Source: Bacteroidaceae bacterium
GTDB lineage: Bacteria; Bacillota; Clostridia; TANB77; CAG-508
DNA: 64,000 bases
Reading direction: 5' to 3'
Assembly (NCBI GenBank): GCA_963621875.1
Contig: CAVFFR010000002.1
Location: forward strand, 704-64,703
The first letter of the stretch is position 1; every line of letters begins with the position of its first letter. This document shows positions 16,887 to 26,916 of this stretch, piece by piece. Position numbers and translations under genes: made by a program. Under the pieces are notes generated by a model. It made no database searches. It had not been told where the DNA came from and was given only the letters and a program-made list of their open reading frames with translations.

Positions 16887-17693
16887 ATGAGTTTTTTGTA
16901 TAATCTTGTTATTGGTATTTTAATCGGATTTGGTGCTATTCTGCCAGGTGTTAGCAGTGGTGTTTTTTGTGTTATTTTTGGTATTTATGAGAAATTAGTA
17001 GATTCTGTTTTAAATTTGTTTAAGGATTTTAAAAAGAATTTTGTTTTTTTACTTCCAATTGGACTTGGGGCTTTTTTAGGAATTGTTCTCTTTGGAAATA
17101 TAATAAAATATTTTTTTAATGTGTTTAAATTTCAAGCTTGTTATGTATTTATAGGCTTAATTCTTGGTACTATTCCAGCTTTATTTAAACAAGCAAATTT
17201 TGACAAATGTATTCAGTTGAAAAAGCTTTTGCCTCTCATTATATCTTTTAGTATAGGTGTTTTGTTAATTGTATTTGAAAATCATTTTGATTTTAATATT
17301 ATTATTTCAGATTTTATTTATAATCCTTTTTATTTGATATTTGCAGGATTTATAATGTCTATTGGGATTGTTGTGCCTGGGGTTAGTAATACCATAATTT
17401 TGATGTGTCTTGGAGTTTATTCCGAGTATCTTTCTGCTATTGCAAGTGTTAATTTAAGACTTCTTGTTCCTTTGTCAATAGGTGTTTTGCTAGGTAGCAT
17501 TGTTTGGCTTAAGATTATTAATATTTTATTAAAAAAGTATCATCAGTCTACTTTTTTGGCAATAATAGGATTTACTCTTGGTTCTATTTTTGTACTTTAC
17601 CCTGGATTTTCCTTTGATTTAACCGGATTAGTTTCAATTATAATCATGCTTGTTTCTCTAGTTCTTTCTTATAAATTGGCTAAATACGAGTAA
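16887..17693 (+). CDS. DUF368 family membrane protein (undecaprenyl-phosphate translocase-like)
   Basis: Duplicated GxxLPGVSSG / VPGVSNT motifs and about 8 TM helices. Confidence 0.7.
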   Translation: MSFLYNLVIGILIGFGAILPGVSSGVFCVIFGIYEKLVDSVLNLFKDFKKNFVFLLPIGLGAFLGIVLFGNIIKYFFNVFKFQACYVFIGLILGTIPALFKQANFDKCIQLKKLLPLIISFSIGVLLIVFENHFDFNIIISDFIYNPFYLIFAGFIMSIGIVVPGVSNTIILMCLGVYSEYLSAIASVNLRLLVPLSIGVLLGSIVWLKIINILLKKYHQSTFLAIIGFTLGSIFVLYPGFSFDLTGLVSIIIMLVSLVLSYKLAKYE

Positions 17694-17714
17694 AGAGCGA
17701 GTTCAACTCGCTCT
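17694..17714. terminator. Bidirectional stem-loop AGAGCGAGT-tcaa-CTCGCTCT
   Basis: A GC-rich 8-bp stem between convergent genes. Confidence 0.55.
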
Positions 17715-17718
17715 TAGC

Positions 17719-18954
17719 TTATTTTTTTCTTCTTAATATCCAACCTTGTTTTACTTCGTATGGTATTGTTAGTTTTACTGTTTGTCCAAGTTTTCCCGGA
17801 TTTACTGTTTCTATTTTTTCTCCTGTTTCACTGTCAAATAGTTCTTTTATTTCAAATTCTTCCGCTTCTATTTTATTTGGTATTATTAATTCTAGTACAT
17901 CGCCAACTTTTAATTTGTTTTTGATTTCTATTGTTGATATTTCTCCAGCTGGTTTGTCTTCTATTATTTTTCCGCCAAATTCAAAATTAGGATTATATTG
18001 TTTTCCTTCATATTCTTGGAAGTCTTTGTTATTTCTATCATTAAAATAGAAAGTTGTAAGTCCTCTTGTTTTTATTTTTTCTAGTTCTTTTAAGTATTTA
18101 ATATAATCATAATTCTCTGGATCTTTAATATAGTCATCTATTGCATTTCTATACACATTTACTACACTTGCTAAATAGTATTCTGTTTTTAGTCTGCCTT
18201 CTATTTTTAAGCTATCTACTCCCATTTCTATTATTTGTGGAACTTCTTTTATTAAGCATAAGTCTTTTGATGATAATATGTATGTTCCATTTTCGTCAGT
18301 TTCTACTGGCATTAAGTTTCCTGGATTGTTCTTTTCTTCTAGATACATATTATATGCCCATCTGCAACTTTGAGAGCAATCTCCTAAGTTTGCACTTCTA
18401 CAAGATAGATATTCACTTAGGAAGCATCTTCCAGAATAAGCCCAACATAATGCTCCGTGTATAAACATTTCTACTTCTAAATCTTTTGGCTTATTCTTCA
18501 TTATTTCTTCTATTTGATCTTTACTTGTTTCTCTTCCTAATATTACTCTTTTTGCTCCATTGTCATACCAAAATTTTGCACTATGATAACTTACTACATT
18601 TGCTTGTGTACTGATATGAACTTCTATATTTGGTGCTATTTGATGTATTTTTTGTATTACCCCTCCGTCAGATGCAATAATACCATCAACTTTAGCTTCA
18701 TCTAGTTTTTTTACTTGTTTTTCAATTTCTTCATAATTGCTATCCCAAGCATATATATTTAAAGCAGCATAAACTTTTTTGCCTATACTATGAGCATATT
18801 TTATTGTGTTAATTAAATCATCATCATCAACTTCTGCTCTGCTTCTTAGTGACAATGATGCAGTTCCACAATATACTGCGTCTGCTCCATACATAAATGC
18901 TACTTTTGCTTTTTCAAAAGAACCTGCTGGTGCTAATAATTCCGGTTTCTTCAT
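17719..18954 (-). CDS. Peptidase U32 family protein (YrrO/TrhP-like, tRNA ho5U pathway candidate)
   Basis: KKPELLAPAGS...AVYCG, EVHISTQANV and ESLKIEGRLK motifs. Start taken at ATG 18952-18954, next to the stop of the methyltransferase gene. Confidence 0.8.
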   Translation of the reverse strand: MKKPELLAPAGSFEKAKVAFMYGADAVYCGTASLSLRSRAEVDDDDLINTIKYAHSIGKKVYAALNIYAWDSNYEEIEKQVKKLDEAKVDGIIASDGGVIQKIHQIAPNIEVHISTQANVVSYHSAKFWYDNGAKRVILGRETSKDQIEEIMKNKPKDLEVEMFIHGALCWAYSGRCFLSEYLSCRSANLGDCSQSCRWAYNMYLEEKNNPGNLMPVETDENGTYILSSKDLCLIKEVPQIIEMGVDSLKIEGRLKTEYYLASVVNVYRNAIDDYIKDPENYDYIKYLKELEKIKTRGLTTFYFNDRNNKDFQEYEGKQYNPNFEFGGKIIEDKPAGEISTIEIKNKLKVGDVLELIIPNKIEAEEFEIKELFDSETGEKIETVNPGKLGQTVKLTIPYEVKQGWILRRKK

Positions 18955-18955
18955 T

Positions 18956-19549
18956 CTATTCACTCACCTTTCTTGTTATTGCTAGTCCATCTCCCACTTC
19001 TAAAATCTCCGTTTTTAAATGTGGATTTTCTGTAGTTTCTTTTATATATTCTCTTAAATGTGTTACTGCTGTTCTTTGTTTGTGTTTGTTGTAATCACTC
19101 ATTACATAGCCTTTATATAAAATATTGTCTGCAAATATCACTCCGTCATCTTTTAACATACGAAGTGCTTGTTCTAAGAAAAATGGATATTTTCCTTTTG
19201 CAGCGTCTATAAAGACTATATCATATTTTTCATTTAAAGTTGGAAGTATTTCTACTGCATCACCTTCATATAAATTAATTTTGTCTTCTACTCCTACCTT
19301 TTTCAAATTTTTTTTACATTCAGCAATTCTTTGTTCATCTCTTTCTATTGTATCTATTTTGCCATTTTCTGATAAATATTCAGAAAAGCACATTGCTGAA
19401 TATCCTACTGCTGTTCCTATTTCTAATATTTTTTTTGGCTTTTTTTCTATTAAAATCTTAGATATTATTTCTAGTGTGTCATCCATTATTATTGGAATTT
19501 TTTCTTCTAATGCTTTTTGTTTTATTTTTAATAGTTCATTTTTATTCAT
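18956..19549 (-). CDS. Class I SAM-dependent O-methyltransferase (YrrM/TrmR-like)
   Basis: ILEIGTAVGYSA SAM-binding motif and DIVFIDAAK. The conserved pairing with a U32 peptidase matches Bacillus yrrM-yrrNO. Confidence 0.75.
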   Translation of the reverse strand: MNKNELLKIKQKALEEKIPIIMDDTLEIISKILIEKKPKKILEIGTAVGYSAMCFSEYLSENGKIDTIERDEQRIAECKKNLKKVGVEDKINLYEGDAVEILPTLNEKYDIVFIDAAKGKYPFFLEQALRMLKDDGVIFADNILYKGYVMSDYNKHKQRTAVTHLREYIKETTENPHLKTEILEVGDGLAITRKVSE

Positions 19550-19551
19550 TA

Positions 19552-20073
19552 TTAACCCTCTTTGTAACCTATGTATGGTAAATTTCTTCTAAATCCTTCC
19601 TCATCATCAAAGCCATAGCCTATTATAAATTTATTTGGTATTTCAAATCCTAAATAGTCTATTGGAACTTCTATTTCTCTCCTGCTTGGTTTACTAACTA
19701 AGACACATAACTTTAAGCTTTTTGGATTTTTAGCTTTTATATGTTCTAGTAAGTAAGACATACTTCTTCCTGTATCAACTATGTCTTCTACTATTAGTAC
19801 GTCTTTTCCTTCTATAAGTGAATTTGATACATCCGATTTTAGTGTTACTTTTCCTGTACTTTCCGTTCCTTCATAACTTGATATTTTTATAAATGCAAAT
19901 TGCATTTTTGTTTTCATTTTTAATGTTAATTCTGTTGTAAAAAAAACTGCTCCATTTAATACCGAGAGTATTGTTATTTCCTTTTCTTCATAATCTTTGT
20001 CTAATTGCTTTGCTAATTCTACTAATTTTTCTTCAATTTCTTTTTCACTTATTAGTACATTTAAATTCTCCAT
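19552..20073 (-). CDS. hpt: Hypoxanthine phosphoribosyltransferase
   Basis: PRPP-binding motif VLIVEDIVDTGRS and the family-typical length. Confidence 0.9.
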   Translation of the reverse strand: MENLNVLISEKEIEEKLVELAKQLDKDYEEKEITILSVLNGAVFFTTELTLKMKTKMQFAFIKISSYEGTESTGKVTLKSDVSNSLIEGKDVLIVEDIVDTGRSMSYLLEHIKAKNPKSLKLCVLVSKPSRREIEVPIDYLGFEIPNKFIIGYGFDDEEGFRRNLPYIGYKEG

Positions 20074-20169
20074 CTTATGTATCCTCCTTTTATATAAAGT
20101 CTATTATACCATCTTTTGGCTAAAAAGAGCAATATATCTTTGTAATTTTGTATATTTTTCCGTGTAGTA

Positions 20170-20207
20170 AAAGAACAGAAGCACCTATATCTGTGTTTCT
20201 GTTCTTT
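20170..20207 (-). terminator. Intrinsic terminator after the surface-protein gene
   Basis: AAAGAACAGAA...TTCTGTTCTTT, an 11-bp stem. Confidence 0.5.
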
Positions 20208-20284
20208 AGTAAATTCATACTTTTTAATTAAAGTGTACTAACCGAGTATTTTAAAATGTTAGGACTACTTTTAGTTATCAACAT

Positions 20285-21739
20285 TTATGCTCTGCTTTTT
20301 CTAATAGCAATTATTGCTCCTGTTAATGCAACAACAAATATTGCTACATATACAATTACATTATCTCCAGTAGCTGGGTTTTTTACTTCTTTTTCTACTT
20401 TTTCAAGTTCTGCCACTGCATCATTTATAGCTTTTGCATATGCGTCAACTTCTTCTTGCTCAGTTATATCTTTTCCATATACAACATTTTCTATAGCTTC
20501 TTCTACTTTTGAAAAGTCTTTGTAATCTTCTTTGTTTAATTTATTAGCAGCATTTATTGCTTCTTCTACTTTTGAGTAATCAGCATCTTTATATTTTACA
20601 ACATAATTTCCATTATCATCTTCTACAAGTTCTTTGTCAGAATCACTTTCTGGTAATACAACTTTTACTCCTTCTGGAACTGTAATGCTATCTCCTACAT
20701 CAACTGAATCTGTAATAGTAACTTCTGCTCCTGTTTTTGCATATTTAAGAACTGTAGATGGTGCTGTAACTTTTCCTAAAACATTAATACCATCTGTTTC
20801 TTCTAGGCTTTCGTGTGTTTTGCCACCACTTTCATTTAGTAAAGATTTTGTATATTTAAATGTACCACCATTTATTGTAATTGGTGTAACAACTCCTTTA
20901 TATCCTTCAAATAAGTGCTCTGCTTCAAATATACCATCATTTATTGTAAGTATACCTTTATCTACTGAATCTGCTCCATAGTTTCCTATGAATATGTTTG
21001 TTTTGTCGTCACCTGTTGGTGTTAAGAATGTACCACCATTTATAGTTGCAACATTCCAGTTCATTAATGATACTTGTTTTGTATTTTTAAATGTACCATT
21101 TTCAATTATTATTTCTCCACCGTCATCATTTTTGATTGTGTTTAATCCACCATCATACATTCCGCTGTAAATAGTAAGTTTTGGAGTAGCTTCGTTTATT
21201 CCATCAACATGTCCTTGTCTTGAATTTGTACTTGTATAATTTTGGTAGCCATTTTCAAATAAGCTTGAACCGAAATCATTTGATGTCATATTTGTGTTTT
21301 TAGTTTGCATGATACCATGGTTTAATACAACATAAAATGTGTTTTGGTTAACTGTTGTATCAAGTTCTAATGTTGCTCCATCTATTGTAGTATTACCATT
21401 GTTATATACTGCTGCATAATTATCTGCAGTATATGAGTTTGTTATAGTGCCATTTCCTGTAATAGTAAGTGTTGCTCCTTTCTCTACAGTTATAACATCT
21501 GCATTAAGTCCTGTTGTTGTTTTAATTGTAAAACCATTTAGGTCAAGTGTTAGAGTTGTTCCAGCAGGTACAACATATCCTGCAGTTAAAGTAACATCCT
21601 CTGTTAGTTTTATAACGCCGTTGTCAGCTGCCGGCATTGTAGTTGCCGCTTTAGAACTTACTGTAAATACGCTAAACAATAAAGCTATTGCAATAAGTAT
21701 TCCGCTTAGCATCATAATTTTTCTTTTTGTGCTTTTCAT
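20285..21739 (-). CDS. Cell-wall-anchored surface protein (NPATG sorting signal), beta-helix-like repeats
   Basis: Signal peptide MKSTKRKIMMLSGILIAIALLFSVFTVSSKA. C-terminus NPATG + hydrophobic stretch + RKSRA. Repeated GT(I/L)TN/NGG motifs. Confidence 0.7.
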   Translation of the reverse strand: MKSTKRKIMMLSGILIAIALLFSVFTVSSKAATTMPAADNGVIKLTEDVTLTAGYVVPAGTTLTLDLNGFTIKTTTGLNADVITVEKGATLTITGNGTITNSYTADNYAAVYNNGNTTIDGATLELDTTVNQNTFYVVLNHGIMQTKNTNMTSNDFGSSLFENGYQNYTSTNSRQGHVDGINEATPKLTIYSGMYDGGLNTIKNDDGGEIIIENGTFKNTKQVSLMNWNVATINGGTFLTPTGDDKTNIFIGNYGADSVDKGILTINDGIFEAEHLFEGYKGVVTPITINGGTFKYTKSLLNESGGKTHESLEETDGINVLGKVTAPSTVLKYAKTGAEVTITDSVDVGDSITVPEGVKVVLPESDSDKELVEDDNGNYVVKYKDADYSKVEEAINAANKLNKEDYKDFSKVEEAIENVVYGKDITEQEEVDAYAKAINDAVAELEKVEKEVKNPATGDNVIVYVAIFVVALTGAIIAIRKSRA

Positions 21740-21916
21740 TTAAAATCCTCCTTCGATTTTTTTATAAATTTCTATATATGTCTACATTATATCTCTTAAA
21801 ATTACAAAATGCAATAGAATTTGTACATTAATTTAAAATTTTGCCTTAGCTTTATAATTTTGTGTATTTTTCTGTTATTTGGTTATACTATTGTTAATAT
21901 TTGTGGAGGGATTAGT

Positions 21917-22351
21917 ATGGATAATAATATTAATTTAACAATTTTAAATGAAATTAGCAAAGCTGCTAAAATTGGAATGGAATCCATTTCTTTTGTTATA
22001 CAAAAAGTTGGAGATAAAAATATGAAGGAAAATCTTAGCACACAATATTCCGAGTATGGTAAGATTGTAGCTCGAGTTAATGCAGAATTTAAAAAATACG
22101 GTGAAGTTCCTGATGAATCTTCTTTTGGTACAAAGATGATGAGTTATATTGGCACTGAACTTAATACTATAAAAGATAAAAGCAATTCTCATATTGCAGA
22201 AATTATGATACAAGGTGGTAATATGGGAATTATAGAGTGTCAAAAGCTTCTTAATCACAACCCACAGTCTGATGAGCATGTTAAAAATATTTTAAATGAT
22301 TTTGTTACTATGCAAAAAAATAATATAGAAAAAATGAAAATGTTTCTATAA
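21917..22351 (+). CDS. Hypothetical helical protein (four-helix-bundle-like)
   Basis: Start moved to ATG 21917 behind a GGAGGG SD. 144 aa with no TM segment. I am not confident of the family. Confidence 0.45.
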   Translation: MDNNINLTILNEISKAAKIGMESISFVIQKVGDKNMKENLSTQYSEYGKIVARVNAEFKKYGEVPDESSFGTKMMSYIGTELNTIKDKSNSHIAEIMIQGGNMGIIECQKLLNHNPQSDEHVKNILNDFVTMQKNNIEKMKMFL

Positions 22352-22360
22352 ATTTAGCAA

Positions 22361-22391
22361 GACCTTGAAGTGCATTTCACACTTCAAAGTC
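22361..22391. terminator. Bidirectional stem-loop between convergent genes
   Basis: GACCTTGAAGTG...CACTTCAAAGTC. Confidence 0.5.
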
Positions 22392-22400
22392 TTTTCTAAT

Positions 22401-23495
22401 TTATTTTATATCTTTATAATTGTTATACTTTTTATGTATAATTATAGCAATTAGTGTTATAGTTAAAATACTAACTATTGTTAGTAACATATTAACTCCA
22501 GTTTGTGGTAGCTTTCCTTCAGCAACAGTGTTATCTAAAGTGCTTCCAGAAGTAGTGTCTTTTTTAATTACCGTAACATTACAAGTATCTTTGTATTGTC
22601 CATCTTCTGTCGAAACAGTAATTATAGCATTTCCTATGCTCTTTGCTGTCACTTTTCCATTTTCAACAGTTGCAACTTTTTCGTCGCTACTTGACCATAT
22701 AATCTTTGTAGATGTAGACATTCCAGTAAAACTAACTGCTAAAGTTTCACTTTCATTTTCTTTTAAAGATAATTCATTTTTATTTAATTGAATGTCCTCT
22801 GTTATTGTTATAGGAGGTTCTTCACTACTAGATAAAGTTTCAAATTTAATTCCATTTTCCTGTGCATATGTTTGAGTTGTTGAACCTTCATATCCATATA
22901 ATACTAAATTAGAAGATCCATATTCAAAAACACCTGATGAATAAGTAATGTCTGTAGAATAAACTCTTACTTTTTCCAAACTAGAACAAATTCCTAAAGC
23001 GCGCATATCAATAGATTTTACATTCTCTGGTATGTCAAACTCTGTAAATCCTGTTTCTTGGAATGTACTATCTTTAATGCTATTAAGTTGTGATGGAATA
23101 TTTATTGATTTTAATTTACTACATTGTAAAAAAGTTTGAGCATCAAGAAAAGTTAAACTTTCTGGTAATTTTACAGTTTCTAAATTTGTACATCCCACAA
23201 ATGCTAATAATTCTATTTTTTCAATTCCTTCTTCGATTACAAGATTTTTTATTGTATGCCCATTGGTTGAATTTCTGCTTTCATCAAAAGCGTGTGCTCC
23301 AATAGTCACAACATTATATCCATCTATTGTACTTGGAATTGTTAAATCGGTTTCGGAACCGTTATATGCTGTTATGGTAGCATCTCCATTATCATCAATC
23401 GTATAAGAAAAATCAGAAGCTCCATATGATTTTATAGCAAATGCAGCAAGTATAAATAAACTTATTAATAAAATTTTACAAATATTCTTTTTCAT
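22401..23495 (-). CDS. BspA-type leucine-rich-repeat surface protein with Big_2-like domain and LPQTG anchor
   Basis: Signal peptide MKKNICKILLISLFILAAFA. LRR-5-like repeats (IPSTIDGYNVVTIGAHAF, IEKIELLAFVGCTNLETVKLP). ATVENGKVTAKSIGNAIITV resembles Big_2. LPQTG + TM + KKYNNYK tail. Start at ATG 23493-23495 (GGAGGG SD). Confidence 0.75.
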   Translation of the reverse strand: MKKNICKILLISLFILAAFAIKSYGASDFSYTIDDNGDATITAYNGSETDLTIPSTIDGYNVVTIGAHAFDESRNSTNGHTIKNLVIEEGIEKIELLAFVGCTNLETVKLPESLTFLDAQTFLQCSKLKSINIPSQLNSIKDSTFQETGFTEFDIPENVKSIDMRALGICSSLEKVRVYSTDITYSSGVFEYGSSNLVLYGYEGSTTQTYAQENGIKFETLSSSEEPPITITEDIQLNKNELSLKENESETLAVSFTGMSTSTKIIWSSSDEKVATVENGKVTAKSIGNAIITVSTEDGQYKDTCNVTVIKKDTTSGSTLDNTVAEGKLPQTGVNMLLTIVSILTITLIAIIIHKKYNNYKDIK

Positions 23496-23633
23496 TATAA
23501 CACCCTCCATTGTTATTTTATATTACTTTTCTTTTTTTTGCAATATAAATATTTTATTAATCTGGATAATTTATGATATGATCACCCTATAAAATTAATT
23601 TATGAAAAGTTCACCCTATGATATAATGGAGGT

Positions 23634-24371
23634 ATGAGAACTGTTATGAATGACAAAGAAGAATTAAAAAAAGCAGTACTAGAAAGTTGTATTAATGGAA
23701 CTATGACAGTTAAAGTCGCAGCAGACAGGTTGAATTTTTCAGAGTGCTATGTAAAAAAATTGAAAGCGAGGTATAAAAAATATGGTGCTTCATCCATGAT
23801 GCATGGAAATTGTGGAAAACAACCTAAACACACTATTAGTGCTGATATTAAAAGTAAAATATGGGAAATTTGGAATATTTCAGAACTTGAAGATGGTTTT
23901 ATTGATGATGCTACTCATCAAGTAACTGGCTTGTATATGTGTGAAAATGAATGTATGCATGGATATTTAGAAGTAACTAGACAAACATTTAAAAACTTTG
24001 GTGTACCTTTAGCTCTTTATGCTGATGGCTCTAGTATTTTCTTTCCTAAAGATAAGAAATTAACAATAGAAGAGCAATTAGCAGGTATTACTGAGCCAAC
24101 CACCCAATATGGTAGAATGATGAAATTTTTAGGTGTAGATTTAATTCATGCTGGCTCTTCCCAAGCTAAAGGAAGAGTTGAAAGATTATGGAATACTTTG
24201 CATGATAGACTTAGAACAGAATTTAGAAGATACAATATTACAACGATTGAAGAAGCAAACAAATTCCTTAAAACATATATTCCAAAATTTAATAAAAAAT
24301 TTGCTATTGAGCCTAAAATTAAAAAAACATCTTTTATGGAATTACCAGAATATGTCATACTAATTTTGTAA
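23634..24371 (+). pseudogene. rve-type DDE transposase (ISNCY-like), internally deleted and truncated
   Basis: N-terminal HTH, then an abrupt junction ...ISELEDG/FIDDATHQ. The SQAKGRVERLWNTLHDRL motif is present. The protein is much shorter than intact relatives. Confidence 0.55.
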
Positions 24372-24397
24372 ATTTTTGTAGGGATAGGAGGGGTTTT

Positions 24398-24622
24398 ATG
24401 ACTTTGTTAGATGCAACAAGAAAAAGAATAGATGAACTATGCAAAATAAACAATATGAATATAAATCAACTAGCAATAGCTTCTGGAATTAATCCCTCAA
24501 CTATAAGAAGTATTTTCAAAGTTATTAGAAAAGCTCCATCTTCTGATACAATTTATTATATATGTATTGGTTTTGGAATTTCTATAAAAGATTTTTATGA
24601 TAGTGAATTATTTGATGATTAA
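24398..24622 (+). CDS. XRE-family helix-turn-helix transcriptional regulator
   Basis: The INQLAIASGINPSTIRSI HTH pattern; 74 aa; AGGAGGGG SD. Confidence 0.7.
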   Translation: MTLLDATRKRIDELCKINNMNINQLAIASGINPSTIRSIFKVIRKAPSSDTIYYICIGFGISIKDFYDSELFDD

Positions 24623-24740
24623 AAGAGAATGATAAAATATTAAAATTTTACCATTCTCTTTTAGTTTTCAATAAAGTTCATTCAAAGGGTCATTCAAAAG
24701 TTCATTTTGACCTTTTGAAGTTTTGAGTAATAAATTCATT

Positions 24741-25061
24741 TTAAGCTACTTTTATTCCTGTATTAATTACTTCTTTTATGAAATAATCTGACTCTTCTTC
24801 AAAATCTTTCTTTTTAATTGGGTGTGGTTCTATTCTAGCATCTATGTCCCATGTCATTCCCATTAAATTCGCCATACATTCATATATATCTTCAAAATCA
24901 TCAGAAATTATTGCAATATCAATATCACTATCTTCATTTTCAGTTCCTTTTGCATAAGAACCAAATAATATAATTGCTGTTATATTATAATGTTTTTTAA
25001 TTTCTTTTATAAACTCATTTATGCTATTTAAAATTTCTTTATTTATTGTTCTTTCAGCCAT
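24741..25061 (-). CDS. Minimal nucleotidyltransferase (MNT) antitoxin-like protein
   Basis: LFGSYAKGTENEDSDIDIAI, a GS-x10-DxD nucleotidyltransferase motif. Confidence 0.75.
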   Translation of the reverse strand: MAERTINKEILNSINEFIKEIKKHYNITAIILFGSYAKGTENEDSDIDIAIISDDFEDIYECMANLMGMTWDIDARIEPHPIKKKDFEEESDYFIKEVINTGIKVA

Positions 25062-25433
25062 TTTCTAACCTCCTTAATATTTTCTATTTGCTCGGTTGTA
25101 TATTCATCAGTACATTTTTCTTCAAAACTCTTTTTGTAATCATCATATCTAGCACTAATATTAAAAGTATTTATTACTTGTATTCTTTTTCTTATTTCTT
25201 CTGGTACTTCTAAATTAGCCTTTTTGTGAAAGCAATATTAAGTTATGAATTTTAGGTGCTATTGGATTTTCTTCATTACTTCTAGCATATAATCCTTTTA
25301 ATAATTTTTTAACTACTAAATGACCTAAAAATAAACACCATGTATTCTTTTTATTTTTGTATAATACTTCCATTGTCTCGTAATCACTATCAGAACTTTC
25401 AAACCAGTAATTCATTAAATCTATATTATTCAT
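25043..25433 (-). pseudogene. HEPN-domain toxin-like gene, frameshifted
   Basis: ORF 25215-25433 ends at ...LLSQKG*. The natural continuation KANLEVPEEIRKRIQVINTFNISARYDDY...VRKWLKEQ lies in another frame after the A5 run near 25215-25220. Its stop overlaps the MNT start. Confidence 0.6.
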
Positions 25434-25501
25434 AATTTATCATTCCTTCCACTATTATTATAAAAATTTTTTTTCAATATATTAAATTAAAATAAAAACA
25501 A

Positions 25502-26349
25502 TCATTTATCACACAATTTACAAGCAGAATATCCATTGTTTATAAGATTTTTTTCTTTTGTTGTAATTTCTTTTATGTATTTAGGGTCAACATTATTTAA
25601 TACCTTGCAATTTTCTATATGATACTTCTTTGTTTGTGAATTGACTACTAAATCTACATTTTTACTTTGTATTCGTTTCTTTTCTTCTATTGATGTTTTT
25701 ACTCTTTGTATTGGTTTTATAATACCACGATTGTCTTAATTATACTTCCATCACTATATTTAAACTTAACCTTTTTCTTAATATTATAACAAAATCTACA
25801 AAGTGTAAACTCTGTATTTAAACTTTTGGCTTCTATTAATATTCCTGTTGGAATTTGATTTTTTCCCTTATATATTGGAGTTACTCTATACAAAATTTTT
25901 ATGTATTTTTTACTATTTTCTTTAATATATTGTTCTACATCATTTTCAATATCATTCATAATCTTTTTGTTTAAATCATCTGTTCCTATAAATATATTGT
26001 TTTTATCATTCTTTTTAGCTGATAACCTATAAGCAATGCAATGACATCTTTGGAATATTCCAGAATCATTAATTTTTTCTGTCCAACCATGTGGATCAGG
26101 ATATTTTAAATGTTTTTCTACCATTATTTATAAAGTATATTCACTAATTATTGCTATTGCACCACTTGTTCTATTTAATTCATCTGGTTCAAAATACTTT
26201 GGAATTCCTTCTGTTATTTCAAAATCTGCTTTTTTAAAGAAGGGGTTATTATTATTTACTACAGGTGAAAAATCTTCTATTTTGTTAATATCTTTATTTA
26301 AAAATTCATTTACAATTTCTTCTCTATTTTTCATTTTTACCTCTTTCAC
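25502..26349 (-). pseudogene. EndA/NucA-like nuclease broken into three pieces (in-frame stop plus frameshift)
   Basis: 26128-26349 (...ELNRTSGAIAIISEYTL*) and 25717-26124 (...GIFQRCHCIAYRLSAKKNDKNNIFIGT...) are in the same frame, separated by TAA 26128-26130. A C-terminal KKYHIENC...GYSACKLCDK module (25502-25716) lies in a third frame. Confidence 0.65.
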
Positions 26350-26379
26350 TGTTTTCTTCTAAATCTTCTAATTTGTTTT

Positions 26380-26811
26380 TTACACTTTTTTTATAGAATC
26401 TTTTACATAGTCCACTTCTTCTAAATATTCACCATCTAATATTGGAACATAAAAAGCACCTACTTTATGATTTGCTTCTTGAAGTTCTTTTTGTGTTACA
26501 TTTGTTCTAGTAACATCTCCATCATAATAGTCTATATAATATTTATTATCTTTTTCATCATAATTAACATGTAGAAATTCTGTGTCATATGAATATTCCA
26601 ACATAGAATCTTTTATTATATCTTCTAATCTGTTTTGATATTTAGGTGCTAATTCTAATTCATTATATATTTCATCATAAAAATTTTTATCTATTGATAT
26701 TTTACTTTTAGGATTCTCTAAAGAATTTCGTAATTCATTTATAAAATCGTTGATACTATTATCAACCTCTTTAGTTCTTGTGTTAATTTCATTATTTAAT
26801 AATCTGTCCAT
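26380..26811 (-). CDS. Hypothetical acidic protein
   Basis: 143 aa with no recognisable motif. Lies between island cargo genes. Confidence 0.4.
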   Translation of the reverse strand: MDRLLNNEINTRTKEVDNSINDFINELRNSLENPKSKISIDKNFYDEIYNELELAPKYQNRLEDIIKDSMLEYSYDTEFLHVNYDEKDNKYYIDYYDGDVTRTNVTQKELQEANHKVGAFYVPILDGEYLEEVDYVKDSIKKV

Positions 26812-26916
26812 TTTCCTCCTTAATATCTTTTAATTATTTTTAATTTTTATTAGTTAATCAATAATATATCACATTCTTTATAGTATTTCCATAAATTTAC
26901 ATAAATTTTACAAATA

